From: Isurus oxyrinchus
Lineage: Eukaryota
Assembly (NCBI GenBank): GCA_026770705.1
Contig: JANJGN010000009.1
Location: 164,424,001-164,488,000 of the forward strand
Direction: 5' to 3'
DNA length: 64,000 nt
Shown here one piece after another: positions 34,341-47,400 of this stretch; position 1 is the first letter of the stretch, and the number at the start of each line of letters is the position of its first letter. A program made the position numbers and the translations under genes. The notes under the pieces were generated by a model. It saw only the letters and a program-made list of their open reading frames with translations, was not told the DNA's origin and ran no database searches.

Positions 34341-34904
34341 TCAAAGACATTGACTGGAAATTTGAAACTAAGTAGTGTAAGATATACAGCACTAATACAC
34401 AAGTACTTGTCCAATTTCATGCATATCATATGGGAGCTATTCAATCAATGCAAGTCTACTTTAATGTTGGCTGTTGTGCAATGTTAGAGAATTAGTTCAC
34501 CCCATTTCTCAGTGAATTTATATGTTTGACATATCCATTGAATATTGTTCCATGTAGAGAGAAAGAAAGACTTGCATTTATATTTCATGGCCTCAGGATG
34601 TCCTGAAGTAGTTTATACCTAATGAAGTACTTTTGAAGTGTAGGGCTACAATTATTGATTACCAATCATTTAGTTATCCTTACAGACAACTTGTGCTTAA
34701 GTATTAGAAAACACACATACAAAAGCAGGATCCTACTTGAGAATTATATGTTGTCATTCCTTTTGAAGGAAAGAGCAAACAAATTAATTTACACTTACAT
34801 AGCATCTTTCATGTCCTCAGGGTGTCCCACAGTACTTCAGAGCTAATGAAGCATTTCTGAAGGATAATCACCATGGTTATGTAAACAGACATGGTATCCA
34901 ATTT

Positions 34905-35027
34905 AAAACAAAAAAAAAGCTAGAAATTCTCAGCAGGTCTGACAGCATCTGCGGAGAGGAGCACAGTTGACATTTTTGTTTTTTGTTTCAGATTTCCAGC
35001 ATCCGCAGTATTTTGCTTTTATATTGT
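34905..35027. repeat. Short rearranged PLE pLTR unit
   Basis: Flanked by tggtatccaattt / tggtatctaattt (13 bp, one mismatch). Confidence 0.6.
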
Positions 35028-37324
35028 GGTATCTAATTTGCTCACAGCAAACGCCCACAGGCAGCAATAAGATCACTGAGGTGATAATCTAAATAATTGG
35101 TTGAGCTAGTGGCTAATTGTTGATAGTGTCCAAGTCACCAGGCAAGTTCCCCTCCTGTTCTTTGTCTACAGTATCATGCCTCAGTATATTCTAGACTTAA
35201 AACTAATTTTTTAAAATTTTAAAACTAACAACAAAAGACTGCAGAAGATGGCCACCCGAGAGCCACCTAGCTTCTTTTATGGATTGACACCATTCCTCGG
35301 TCTCGAGAGGGAACAAAAGAAACATTTCAGACTGTTGTGAATCCAAATTGAATGGGTCATTCAAAAACAAAGACCCTGGCTGTCTCAAACACTGGACGTG
35401 TAATCAACACAACCACCCATCTTATTTGAAAAAGAACTTAGAACTTGTAAAAGGTCACATGATGAGACTGCCATATTTTCTGCCTGCTTTTAAAATCATT
35501 AAAAGCTGTTTTGCAGTCAGAGTTCCACCACAGCCATCGAATTATCTGTGAGCCATTAAGCAGCCAAAGTACCTTACAGCAAAACCTTGTAAGGGGGATA
35601 ATCCAACAGAGAGAAGGACTCCCCCAACCTGCTCCAACTTCAAGGTCACCTGAGAACCAATTTCCTAGAAATTCAACTACAAGAAACCTCACAGCCTGCT
35701 GAGAATCCTTCACCTTACAAGAAACTCATTTTAACTTTAAAGCATCATCTTCAGCTAAGAAACTATAGACCTGCCATGAAAGAGACTGAAGTAATGATAA
35801 GCTATAACGGTATATTACATTCAATTCTATCAGATCTTTATGTGAGAGAGTGTGTGGGAGATGAGTGAGTGAAACGGTGCATTATTTTCAGAGTAGATAC
35901 GTGAGATTAAATAACCTTCTTTGTTTCTTTTAACTCACAAAAGCTGAAACCATTTAATTTAGGAATCACATTTTGAAGGTAAGAAAACACAGACACCCTA
36001 CATGCAGACATACTGATCACAGACATAAAGGGAAACACATACATTCTGTCCATGATAATTGGTTAGACTTTGGATAAATATCTCAACAAAAATACATCAC
36101 TGCACATTTATGGCTGGCCAAGGATAAAGGACAACCATGGCAATTTCAAACAAAATTAGCAATATATTCGCTTTAACTTCTCCTTATACACTATACATTA
36201 TTCCTTGGGCTAAAATAATGGATGGACCTCTATGTGCCAAGACTCTGCCAATAGCACTCTGAAACTGTCAAGATATGCATAACAGGATTCAGGAGAAAGA
36301 CATTGATAACTCTACCTCTCACCTGCTAGGAAAGCAGATACCATGTTGTCAGCCCAGTTCCTCGGTCACACCATCAAGATTGCCAATTTGCTGAGTGGAG
36401 AATCAATAACATAAACTAACACCCTGCCAGCTGGCACTATACCATGTCCACATGCCAACATGCTGCACCAGCCATATAATAACTGTAAATACTTTGCAAC
36501 TTACAATTACATCCCTTAGTTGCTGCAAAAATAATCGTGCACATTGATATCACACTTCATAACAGTAGGCTTGTCTAAATTAATGGATTCTTTTTCTTGC
36601 CCATGTATAACCCAATAGAATTTGCAATGGACTTCATAGAGTAATATAATCCTGCCATTGAATACCAACTAGTGATGTTCGAAAGTAATCTATTTATTTA
36701 TCGAACAGGTCATTGGCGAAACAAGTATACATTAGCATTTGTACATTTGTCTGACAGCCCAGACCATTGATCCAAAATAATTCTCTCAGTTTCAAATGAA
36801 TCATTCTACTGATACGTAAGTTTTTGAATGGGCTGGATAGACACCCTGTTAGATGTAATAATTGTTCATCCAATTTTCCCTTCAAAGTTACTATGACCCC
36901 TGCCTCAACTTTTCCATATGACAAAGCATCCTGGGATGCAACATTCCTTTGCCTAAAGCATTTCCTCCTAACCATTTCTTGTCACTCTGTCAGTGACAGT
37001 TTTGAATCGATGCTCCTTTGTTATTGACGTGCCAACCAGAAGATACAGTTTCCCCTATTCTCTCCACTGAAACCTTTCAAGATTTTGGAAGTTGCTATTA
37101 AATTGCTTAAACTTCTCTGCTCCAGAGAAAATAGTCCTGCTACCTTAAGTCTCTCTTTATAACTTTATTCTTGCCTCACTGAAACTTGGTGAACCTTTCT
37201 AACATCTTATGTAATACACATCATTCCTTGAACAAAGACAATGGACTATGTGCTTAGACTGTCAATGGCACAATAAGCAACTGCCAGGAGATGCACGACA
37301 GGAGCAACACATTGATAAACCCTG

Positions 37325-38680
37325 AGATAAAAACAAAAAAACTGCGGATGCTGGAAATCCAAAACAAAAACAGAATTACCTGGAAAAACTCAGCAGGTCT
37401 GGCAGCATCGGCGAAGAAGAAAAGAGTTGACGTTTCGAGTCCTCATGACCCTTCGACAGAACTTGAGTTCGAGTCCAAGAAAGAGTTGAAATATAAGCTG
37501 GTTTAAGGTGTGTGTGTGGGAGGCGGAGAGAGAGAGAGAGAGAAGTGGAGGGGGGGTGGTTGTAGGGACAAACAAGCAGTGATAGAAGCAGATCATCAAA
37601 AGATGTCAGTGACAATGGTACAATAGGACACATAGGTGTTAAAGTTAAAGTTGGTGATATTATCTAAACAAATGTGCTAATTAAGAATGGATGGTAGGGC
37701 ACTCAAGGTACAGCTCTAGTGGGGGTGTTTTTTTTAAATTTTTTTTTAAAAGTAATGGAAATAGGTGGGAAAAGGAAAATCTTTATAATTTATTGGAAAA
37801 AAAAGGAAGGGGGAAAAGGAAAGGGGGTGGGGATGGGGGAGGGAGCTCACAACCTAAAGTTGTTGAATTCAATATTCAGTCCAGAAGGCTGTAAAGTGCC
37901 TAGTCGGAAGATGAGGTGTTGTTCCTCCAGTTTGCGTTGGGCTTCACTGGAACAATGCAGCAAGCCAAGGACAGACATGTGGGCAAGAGAGCAGGGTGGA
38001 GTGTTAAAATGGCAAGCGACAGGGAGGTTTGGGTCATTCTTGTGGACAAACCGCAGGTGTTCTGCAAAGCAGTCGCCCAGTTGACGTTTGGTCTCTCCAA
38101 TGTAGAGGAGACCACATTGGGAGCAAAGAATGTAGTAGACTAAGTTGGGGGAAATGCAAGTGAAATGCTGCTTCACTTGAAAGGTGTGTTTGGGCCCTTG
38201 GACGGTGAGGAGAGAGGAAGTGAAGGGGCAGGTGTTGCATCTTTTGCGTGGGCATGGGGTGGTGCCATAGGAGGAGGTTGAGGAGTAGGGGGTGATGGAG
38301 GAGTGGACCAGGGTGTCCCGGAGGGAGCGATCCCTACGGAATGCTGATAGGGGGGGGTGAAGGGAAGATGTGTTTGGTGGTGGCATCATGCTGGAGTTGG
38401 CGGAAATGGTTGAGGATGATCCTTTGAATGCGGAGGCTGGTGGGGTGATAAGTGAGGACAAGGGGGACCCTATCATGTTTCTGGGAGGGAGGAGAAGGCG
38501 TGAGGGCGGATGCGCGGGAGATGGGCCTTAAACCAGCTTATATTTCAACTCTTTCTTGGACTCGAACTCAAGTTCTGTCGAAGGGTCATGAGGACTCGAA
38601 ACGTCATCTCTTTTCTTCTCCGCCGATGCTGCCAGACCTGCTGAGTTTTTCCAGGTAATTCTGTTTTTGTTTTTGTTTTG
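37325..38680 (-). mobile_element. Penelope-like element with an inverted terminal pLTR copy and a 16-bp TSD
   Basis: ORF 37847..38476 GIY-YIG ([25 protein letters not shown]). 38527-38680 is an inverted copy of ~37360-37508. TSD ACATTGATAAACCCTG at 37309-37324 and 38681-38696. Confidence 0.9.
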
Positions 38681-41310
38681 ACATTGATAAACCCTGTCTG
38701 TCTTCTGTTCGGTATGTGTATACCATAATGATACCTATGGTTTCCGTTTCCTTTTTATAATTGGGTATTCAGAACTAGTATTCTAACTGTGGCCTATCCT
38801 TTGCATGTGAGAACTTTCACCAAGTTACCCCAGCATTGCATTTACCTTCCAAGTATAGAATATCTTCCTGTGGTGTAGCCCTCCATCTAGTGATTCAGCT
38901 AGGAACTGACGAAAAAAAAAAATCTTGAAAGACTGACAACTTTGACACTGCAGACAAACTTCTGAGTAGGAAAGATTAAAGCACTTAATTGCTAAACAGG
39001 TCACTGAACAATTTTAATTTGCTTTTTAAAAATTCCAACGAATCTGGCTGTCGTCATCCCTCCATCTGTCCTTTGTATCCCACTTGAACTGACCTCTAGC
39101 AATGCTCCCTCCTTCTGCCAATCATTTGCTTGGTCAGTGGGTAAGAATCACCAAACCTCAGTCCGTCAACTGAACGCTTTTGCCTCCCTTCTGGTCTTCC
39201 AGTGATTGGTTTTCTAAGATCAAAACTTGCCACTTGCAGGTCAGCAAGTACTAATCCCAGCCTGCGTCCCACTACATTAATTCACTAACATGACCAGTTC
39301 ACTCCACCACAATTACTTTTCTTCAGACAGAAAGAATGCTGGAGAGTGTGCTTCATTTTAACACTAAATTGCTCAATGCTTATTGACACACAGAGATAAA
39401 GCTTAACAAGGCTGCTTTGCACTGAAGTAACAGAGGAATTGGATAGATTAAAATTAGACCAAGATCCATGTAGACTGCCTTTTACGTCCTGATAATCACC
39501 ATTCCACATGCAATAAATAAACATCATGGTTTATACTCATTTCAATGAAAAGCTAAATGCTGGACATCTGAAAAAGCACCAGAAAAGGCAGCATCTGTGG
39601 AGTGACCCAATGGCCAACATTTAGATAAAATATTCATATAAATATAATAAAAAAGGCAGAAAACCTTGCTCAGGTCAAATAGGAGGGCACCTCAATGGGA
39701 TGGGACAGGTGGATGCAAGTGTCACTGTGGGTGCATCTTCAGCGCGTGCCAACACAACACAACTGCCAGAAATTTACTCGAAGGTGAGGGGTGAGGTAGG
39801 AGCTAATGGAGAGGAGGCCAGGTTGAATTTCATGCTTAGACTCCCACCTTTGGAGTCCAACGTTAAACAAACCTCCACCTGCTCCAACCCCAGCTCCCTC
39901 CACCAATCAGCCACCACCCTCCAATCCATCTTCTCTCCTCCAGTCATCAACACTTATACTTCAAGAGCTTTAAGGAAATGGCCATTGCTTCATTCTGACA
40001 TAGAAACACCATAGAAAACATGAGCAGCTGATGCACAAAGAGGACCTTGTGTTCCATTATTGGTTTTTACAAATTATCCAAGTGCAGTAGTCAATTATCA
40101 GTCTTTTTTTATTACACATAAACCAGCACTGATAGTGAACTAAGGGAGACAGCTTAACATGTTTAGGAACAAATGGCCTCAACATTGAGATTAAACAGAA
40201 AGTCTCACTGTCCGGGAGAAGGTCAGTCTCTCACAACCATGCTGTTGTCTGAACCATTAGTAACTTAATTAGTTTAAAAGAAAATTGCCTAGTAAATCAT
40301 TGAATTTGTGATTAGTGTCTGGTGCACATTGGGATTAAAAAGAAAGGAACTTTTCCTCTTTATTGTTATATTATTCATAAAGGAACATAATTGTTACGCA
40401 AATATACACCCTGGTGTTCCACAGTCACTATCGCACCACAGTCATGTGCTGAGTAACAACGGGTCAGTCTATCAGTCCACTCACCACATGAGGAGCAGAA
40501 AGAAATAGATTCCAGCACTTTAAGCCTAAAGTGTGATTATTTCTAAATATGGGAACCAGAAGACATAACATCTGCAAGGTGACACTCCCATTAGTCTGGG
40601 ATGGACGATTCACCGCATCCAATTCTCCAGCCTGAAATTCATTCGCATTTTCAGCTGGGCCATAGGTGTGGAAGGGGCAGGGGAGGGACACAGACTTTGA
40701 TCAAAGCAGAGTCGGTAATTAAACTTTTAATTTCACAGTCATGGACATGGCACCTTTAGCTTCTGCAACTGAGTATCTATTTTGGTCAATTAAACATTAA
40801 AAGGCCACAGAGCTCTAATAATAAAAGAATAGATATCTGGTAAAATCAGGCATTCTTTGGACCCCATAAACACTAAGGTTCAAAGACCCCAGTCTGAAAT
40901 GCTATGTAAACAGTAAAGTTAGAGCACCCTCAGTCCAGTTCCTCTACACTCCCTGAAAACCAATTCACACTGATTCATACCCTCAATTTGAATTGTTGCT
41001 CATGGCCCAAAAAGAATGCAGTTGAATTAATTTCCTATATTAAGCACCAAGGAGGGTTATTTATTGCTTTAATACACCAAACATCAAAAAGGAAAGCAAC
41101 CAGAAGTTTGAATTGAACATTTTCAAATTTATTGCAAAGAGGACATTCCTTGCCTTAGGTAACATCCAGACTTAACACAATAGCTGACGTGTCAGATGAG
41201 GAAAAGACTATTTCCTCAACTGTTGATTTCTACACAAAGCAAGCTGCGAAACAATTTGATTTGTCAACTTCTTTTATCTTGTGTGTATAGGAAAGGGTAT
41301 TTCTAATTCC

Positions 41311-41330
41311 ATGAGGAAGTAAATGATTCA
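41311..41330 (+). promoter_or_regulatory. Putative ETS/PU.1 and AP-1-like sites upstream of gene C
   Basis: ATGAGGAAGT 41311-41320 and TGATTCA 41324-41330, ~60-70 bp before ATG 41383. Confidence 0.45.
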
Positions 41331-41382
41331 GTACCGATGCAGAGATATTTGTACTGAAAACTGTGGATACCTGACTGGGACC

Positions 41383-41422
41383 ATGAAGTTCACTGCACTG
41401 CTGTTTCTCACTTTGACACCAA
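41383..41422 (+). CDS. Gene C exon 1, signal peptide
   Basis: ggaccATG; MKFTALLFLTLTP plus A|gtaaga, 40 nt, phase 1. Confidence 0.82.
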
Positions 41423-44400
41423 GTAAGATTATCCAATTCTATATCTGGAATAATAGCTCGCACCTATGAAGCGTCTTTATCTTACAAAGATGGCTTCGAG
41501 TTCTTAACGGAGGAGTGAAGAAAGACAGGCTCTGAGCCAAAGTGGGGGAGATTGGAGGGGTTGACCAAAAGCTCCATAAAAGAGTTGGGTTTTAAAGAGG
41601 GTCTTAAAGGCGGAGAGAGAGTTGGTGAGGAGGGGGCAGGGGTTTAGCGATGGAGCTTCGTAAAGTTGGGTCTAATTGAAAACACGGCCACTAATTCTGG
41701 GGCAAAGAGAGGAAATAATGCACAAGAAGCTTGATTCAGAGGAATGGAGAGTTCCCTCAGGGAGGGGCATGGTGGAATATTGGAGGACATTAGAGGGATA
41801 GTAACAGATGAGTACGATTTGCATAAACTAGAGGCCCCTTGCGTGAAATAGGCACTCGCTCCTCCCATCTAGGGGAAGGCCCTTTAAATAAAGGCAGCAA
41901 CCATAGCGTCAGTGTTAACCAGGCTGTAAATCTGCCAATTTGGCCGGGTGAAAACCAGCCTCAGGTTAACATTTCAGTTTTAAGTCCTTTGCCAAAATTG
42001 AATTTTATTCAGAGACCAGTAGCATAATAATGAAGATAAACTTACAGCTCATGCAGAATGCAAAGTGAATGTGGGTGTCATGTCATTAGATTTTAACCTG
42101 CAAAGATCGTTTGATTGTTGAGCTTCCCAGCTGGCCTGAGTTTCTGCCCTGTTCCAGCCCCTGCATGCTCAGCTCATACTTTTCAGTGTGATGCTTGTAG
42201 TATAAGGATCTGGCACATATAGGGTTAATATGGGATTGAGTACAGTACTACCCACATAGTGATGTAAGAAGGCACATGACCCAGACCCAGGGTCAGTTTG
42301 GTATTGAGCAGAAACGTGTATAGATCTAAACATGGAGACAGCTTCTAGCCTGTGCAGGTGTAACTACTGCTAGTAGTTAATAAAAGCTTACAGTTAACCT
42401 ACAAGGGTATCACAGTGGTTAGCACTACTGCCTCACAACTCCAGGGATCCAGGTTCAATTCTGGCCTTAGGTGTCTGGCTACGTGGAGCTTGCACGTTCT
42501 CCCAGCTTCCATCAGGTTAAAATACTACAGTTAAATTGCCTGTGAGTGTGTGCCCGGTGATGGACTGGCGTGTACCGTACCCTTTGCCCCTCAGGTTAGG
42601 CTCCGGCTCCCCGTGACCCTGAATTGAATAAAGCAGTTTGGGAAAAATAAGGGAGTAAGTGAATTAACCTACAGAAGATTAATAAGGCCTTTTTTAAGGC
42701 ATATCGTTCTGTAACCAACACCCTCCCAACAATGTTACAAGTTTCTCACCATCAATGTCCACTGGGAAAATTATCACCAATGTGGCATTTCAGGGAGGGT
42801 AGCGCTTTAAGGTTTAATCTGAGGACTTAATACCAGAAAATATTAAGCAGTATCAGTAGAATATTGATAAGAACACAGGAATTGCTAAAGAGAAATAGAT
42901 CAAGGTCCATCTAGCTCACTACCTACTATTCTGGTAGTAACAGGATACAATAATAATCAAAGATAAAAGCAAAAAACTGCGGATGCTGGAAATCCAAAAC
43001 AAAAACAAAAATACCTGGAAAAACTCAGCAGGTCTGGCAGCATCTGCGGAGAGGAACACAGTTAACGTTTTGAGTCCGTATGACTCTTCAACAGAAGAGT
43101 TCCGTTGAAGAGTCAAACGGACTCGAAACGTTGACATTAATAATCAAGTTGCTAATAGGTCCAAAGGCTTCTGTTGTATCCAAAGATGTTACTCTTATCA
43201 CGCCACACTTCAGACTATTCATATACTGTGCTCAAAAATATTACTTTCTGTAAGAAATCTCTCCAAGTTGCAGTCTACTGTCTTTGCTTTCACCTTCCTT
43301 GCCCAAGGAAAATGGTACTGAACTGAGGGGAGTACAAGAGCAGAGGGACCTGGGGGTGTGTATTAAGGTGGTAGGGCAAGATGATAAGGCATTTATGGGA
43401 TTCTTGGACTTGTAAATAGGAGTATTAAATACAAAAATGAGGAGTTATATTAAAGTTTCACTAATATTAGTTAGGTCTCAGCTGGAGTACTGAGTTCAAT
43501 TCTGGGCACCGCCCTTTAGGAAGGACACCAAGGCCCTGGCAAGGGTACAGAGTAGATTTAGCAGGATGATACCCAGGGATGAAGGTTATGTGGACAGATT
43601 GGAGAAGCTGGGATTATTGTCCTTAGGGCAGAGAAGATTAAAGGAAAATCGGATCGAAGTATTGAAAACAAGGAAGGATTTTCATACAGCAAGTAGAGAG
43701 AAACTATTTCCTCCGGCAAGTGGATCGGTAACCAGTGGTCATAGACATAAAATAGTTGGATTATAAACTAGTGGATAATTGAGGGGAAATTATTTCACAC
43801 AGAACGTTGTTATGATCTGGAATACACCACCAGAAACGGTAGTGGAATCAGATTCCATTGGAACTTTCAAAAGGCAGTTGGACGTGTGTTTGAAGAGGAC
43901 AAAAGGTGGATGCTGGGGTGTGGGATTAAATCAGACAATAAATTTTCAAAGAGCTGGCACAGACAAAATAGGCCGAATGGTCTCCTTCTCCACTTTAAGA
44001 CTCTTGATTCCAGTCCCTTCCAGGACTTGTTTTTGTCCCCTTGTGAAGCACTTGCTTGTATTGTGCCAAAACGATTGCCTGAAATTGATTATCACGATAT
44101 TTCAAGCTTTCTTAAGATGTTACATTTCACCCAACAGCTTTGCTGACACAAACTGCATCGATAGTGATGAAAGCTGCAGTGGGGGAAACCATCACTGTGG
44201 AATGTTCACAGGCAGCAAAGTACCAAGGATACTCTTACATCATATGGTGTAAGGCAACTTCCAAAACTAACTGCAGTCCTGTAGTGAGCACCCAGAATCA
44301 TCAGATCGAGAAATCTAATGGAACAACATCGATAGCTACTACCAATGGGTTAAGTTCTGTAACCATTCAACAACTTCAGGAGAAAGATACAGGAACATAC

Positions 44401-47400
44401 TGGTGTGTGGGTGATTTTCAAGGCTCTTTCCATATTTTGGATGTTATATTACTGAAGGTTTTGTCCGGTAAGAATTTCGCAAAAGATTGTTTATAAGGAT
44501 GATAATATGGCCTGGGTGGAGTAAAACCAGGGCGGCTGCTCTTTAGGGGCTGTGTGGGCATAACATGAGCTGAGTTGACTAAGGTATTATCATAGCTCCC
44601 AGTGCACAAGTAATGACCTCCGATGCTACCATTTCTATCTATTTCTATGAACCGATCTAAACAGCCTTTCTCCTTATACTTCTATAAACCTAAAATCATA
44701 TTCCTCTCAAGCCTAGTTTTTTTCAATCTTTCATGGGATGTGGGCTTCGTTGGCTGGATCAGCATTTATTGCCCATCCCTAATTGCCCTTGAGAAGCTGG
44801 TAGTGAGCTGCCTTCTTGAACCACTGCCGTCCATGTGGTGTAGGTATACCCACAGTGCTGTTAGGAGGGAGTTCCAGGATTTTGACCCAGTGACAGTGAA
44901 CGAACGGCGATATATATTTCTAAGTCAGGATTGAGAGTGACTTGGAAGGGAGCTTGCAGATGGTGGTACTTCCATGGAGTTGCTGCCCTTGCCCTTCTAG
45001 GTGGTAGAGGTCGCAGGTTTGGAAGGTGCGGTCGAATGAGCCTTGGTGAGTTGCTGTGTGCCTCCATAGTAAAATATCCCTAATTTCTGTTGGTGCCCAG
45101 GATACTGAACAATTCAGCAAACCATTTACAAGACCGGCAATGGTGACTGCATGAAATGAGCAGTATTGTCAAATCAATATATAAATGAGCCTTCTGCAAT
45201 ACATTGATATTAATTGGTTAAAACACATTGGAGGTTGTTTTACTGCTAGTTCCAACTAATCTTTCAGGCTCCACAGTGGATTCATTAGCAGGGTCTGTGA
45301 AGGCCTTGGAATAAAAAACAAAAAACTGCAGATGCTGGAAATCCAAAACAAAAACAGAAATACCTGGAAAAACTCAGCAGGTCTGGCAGCATTGACGGAG
45401 AAGAACAAAGTTGACGTTTTCGAGTCCTCATGACCCTTCAACAGAACTTCTGTTGAAGGGTCATAAGGACTCGAAACGTCAACTTTGCTCTTCTCCGCCG
45501 ATGCTGCCAGACCCGCTGAGATTTTCCAGGTATTTCAGGCCTTGGAATAAACCTGCCGGAGAGGCCCTCCTGCTGGAACATTAGGACTGCAGCCACTTGC
45601 AGCTTGTGCTCACCCCAACCCTCCCTCAATCAACTCCTTCCACCCTCCCCTGATTTAAGAAGGTCCTTGGGGCCTCTCTGTTCTGTGTGCCACGTAGATA
45701 GCATCTAGCTTCAGGCAGTAATGAACTTAGGCCCAAACTAAGGCATAATTGGTCTTCAGCAATAGCAGAAGATGGTGATCAGGAATTGGCAGCCCATTTC
45801 CCAAGCTCCTAATTTTCTTTTCCATTGACTTAATACTCCAAGAAGGAATATACTGGAGCCCTATATACCCTACCAAGAAATATTGACATTGTTTGTGTTC
45901 AGCAGCATTCATTTGCAATCATTTGACATCAATTGCACTCAAAACCAATTCTTTAGCTTTCATTTGGCATTACAAGTAACAATCAACTGACACTGTCATC
46001 AATTGCCATTAAACTGCAATGCTCAAACACTTGTGATTAACAAACTTACTTAGCTTAAGTATCCTGACACCAAAAATGATCAGAGAGTTTGTTCTCCATA
46101 TTTCTGAATTTCTATCGCTTCAAACATCCTAAAACTGAGCTAACATTAGAAAATGAAGACTCTGTTCTAACATATGTTTTTATAAACTAGTTTCATGTTT
46201 TTGTACATAACCTATAACTAGTACAGCACACCCCTGCCCCTCCGCTACCCCAGATTGCAGCAGTTTTCTTCCCCATCTTCCCCGAGTAATTTTCTCCTCC
46301 CTTCCCAACATCGCCCTCCTTGCTTCCAGTCGCATCCCTGGATTGCAGCAGATTTCCTCCCTCTTTTCCCTTCCCCGCACCCCCCCCCACCTCTCCTTCA
46401 CTTTTCCCTCTCCTCCCCACCTCTCCATCCTCCACCCTCCTCTTCACCTGTCCTCTCTCCACCTTCTCTGCCCATCATTTTCACCTCCCCCCCCACCCAA
46501 CCTCGCTCCTTGTTGCCTCCCCTCTTACCCCCCCTCCCCAACTATCTTCCCTCTCCTCCCACCCTACTCCCCGGGAGTGCTCAGGGGTAGGCAGAAAATG
46601 GAAGTGATGATGAAGACCTGCTTTTCAGCCAGCGTGGACCAGCAATGGTGGCAGGAAAGAGGGTGTGTCTTCGGGTTGGGGAAGTCAGGGTGGAGAGACT
46701 CATCAGCGGGAACCTGGACCCAAGATTTGGTGACGGGGGCCTGGCCCAATGTTTGGAGGCAGGTGAAGGAGGCCCCAAGACTCGCCCCCGAGACTGGGGT
46801 GGGGGTGGGGCGTAAGTCTGAGGCTGAGTGGGGTGGTGGTGGTGATGTGGCGCAGCGTAGGCCGGGAATGGAGGAGGGGGTGGGGTGGAAGGGTAACACC
46901 AGTGACGCCAAGATTCGCACCTATCACCCTGCGTCCTGCAATGTTTTCTTTCCAGGTTGGCAATTAATAGATTAACAACATGAATTTAGAACTGATGGGG
47001 ATCTGGTGCTCTCAAGCATGTAAGATTTTTCAGACTAAATGGAAAAAATAATAAATTCGGTTATTATTTAAGCAATTAATTTCCTTGTTTTTCAATGCAG
47101 GTTGCTGAGCGCATTTGGTGCCTTTGAGCATTTAATTTCGGTGCCTTCAAGCACCTTTGATCACCTTTGCTGTCAAAGATGGCAAAACACTGCTGCATGA
47201 ATGAAAAGCTCGTTCCAAATTAGAACATTTGATGTCGAATGATCGCTGATTGTTTCTGAGCGCAAAAGTAACATTGAAATTTCCTGGTGGACAATTTGAA
47301 CTCGGTGGGCGAGATTTTAACTCATCCAAATCCATCCACTTGCACGGGGTTAAAATCAGGCCCAGTAGCTCTAGCAGTGCAAACTAAGACTCAAGTTGCT

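Noticed and set aside
39100-39146. Alternative leader exon for gene C (..CLVSG|gtaaga)
   Set aside because: The hydrophobic frame has no ATG and the wrong phase; 41383-41422 fits far better.
42404-42480. tRNA gene
   Set aside because: A and B boxes are present but continue into a SINE body and tail flanked by a TSD; no complete cloverleaf.
46180-46975. Cluster of Pro/Gly-rich ORFs up to 210 aa
   Set aside because: They arise from C-rich low-complexity and GC-rich repeat sequence open in several frames on both strands.
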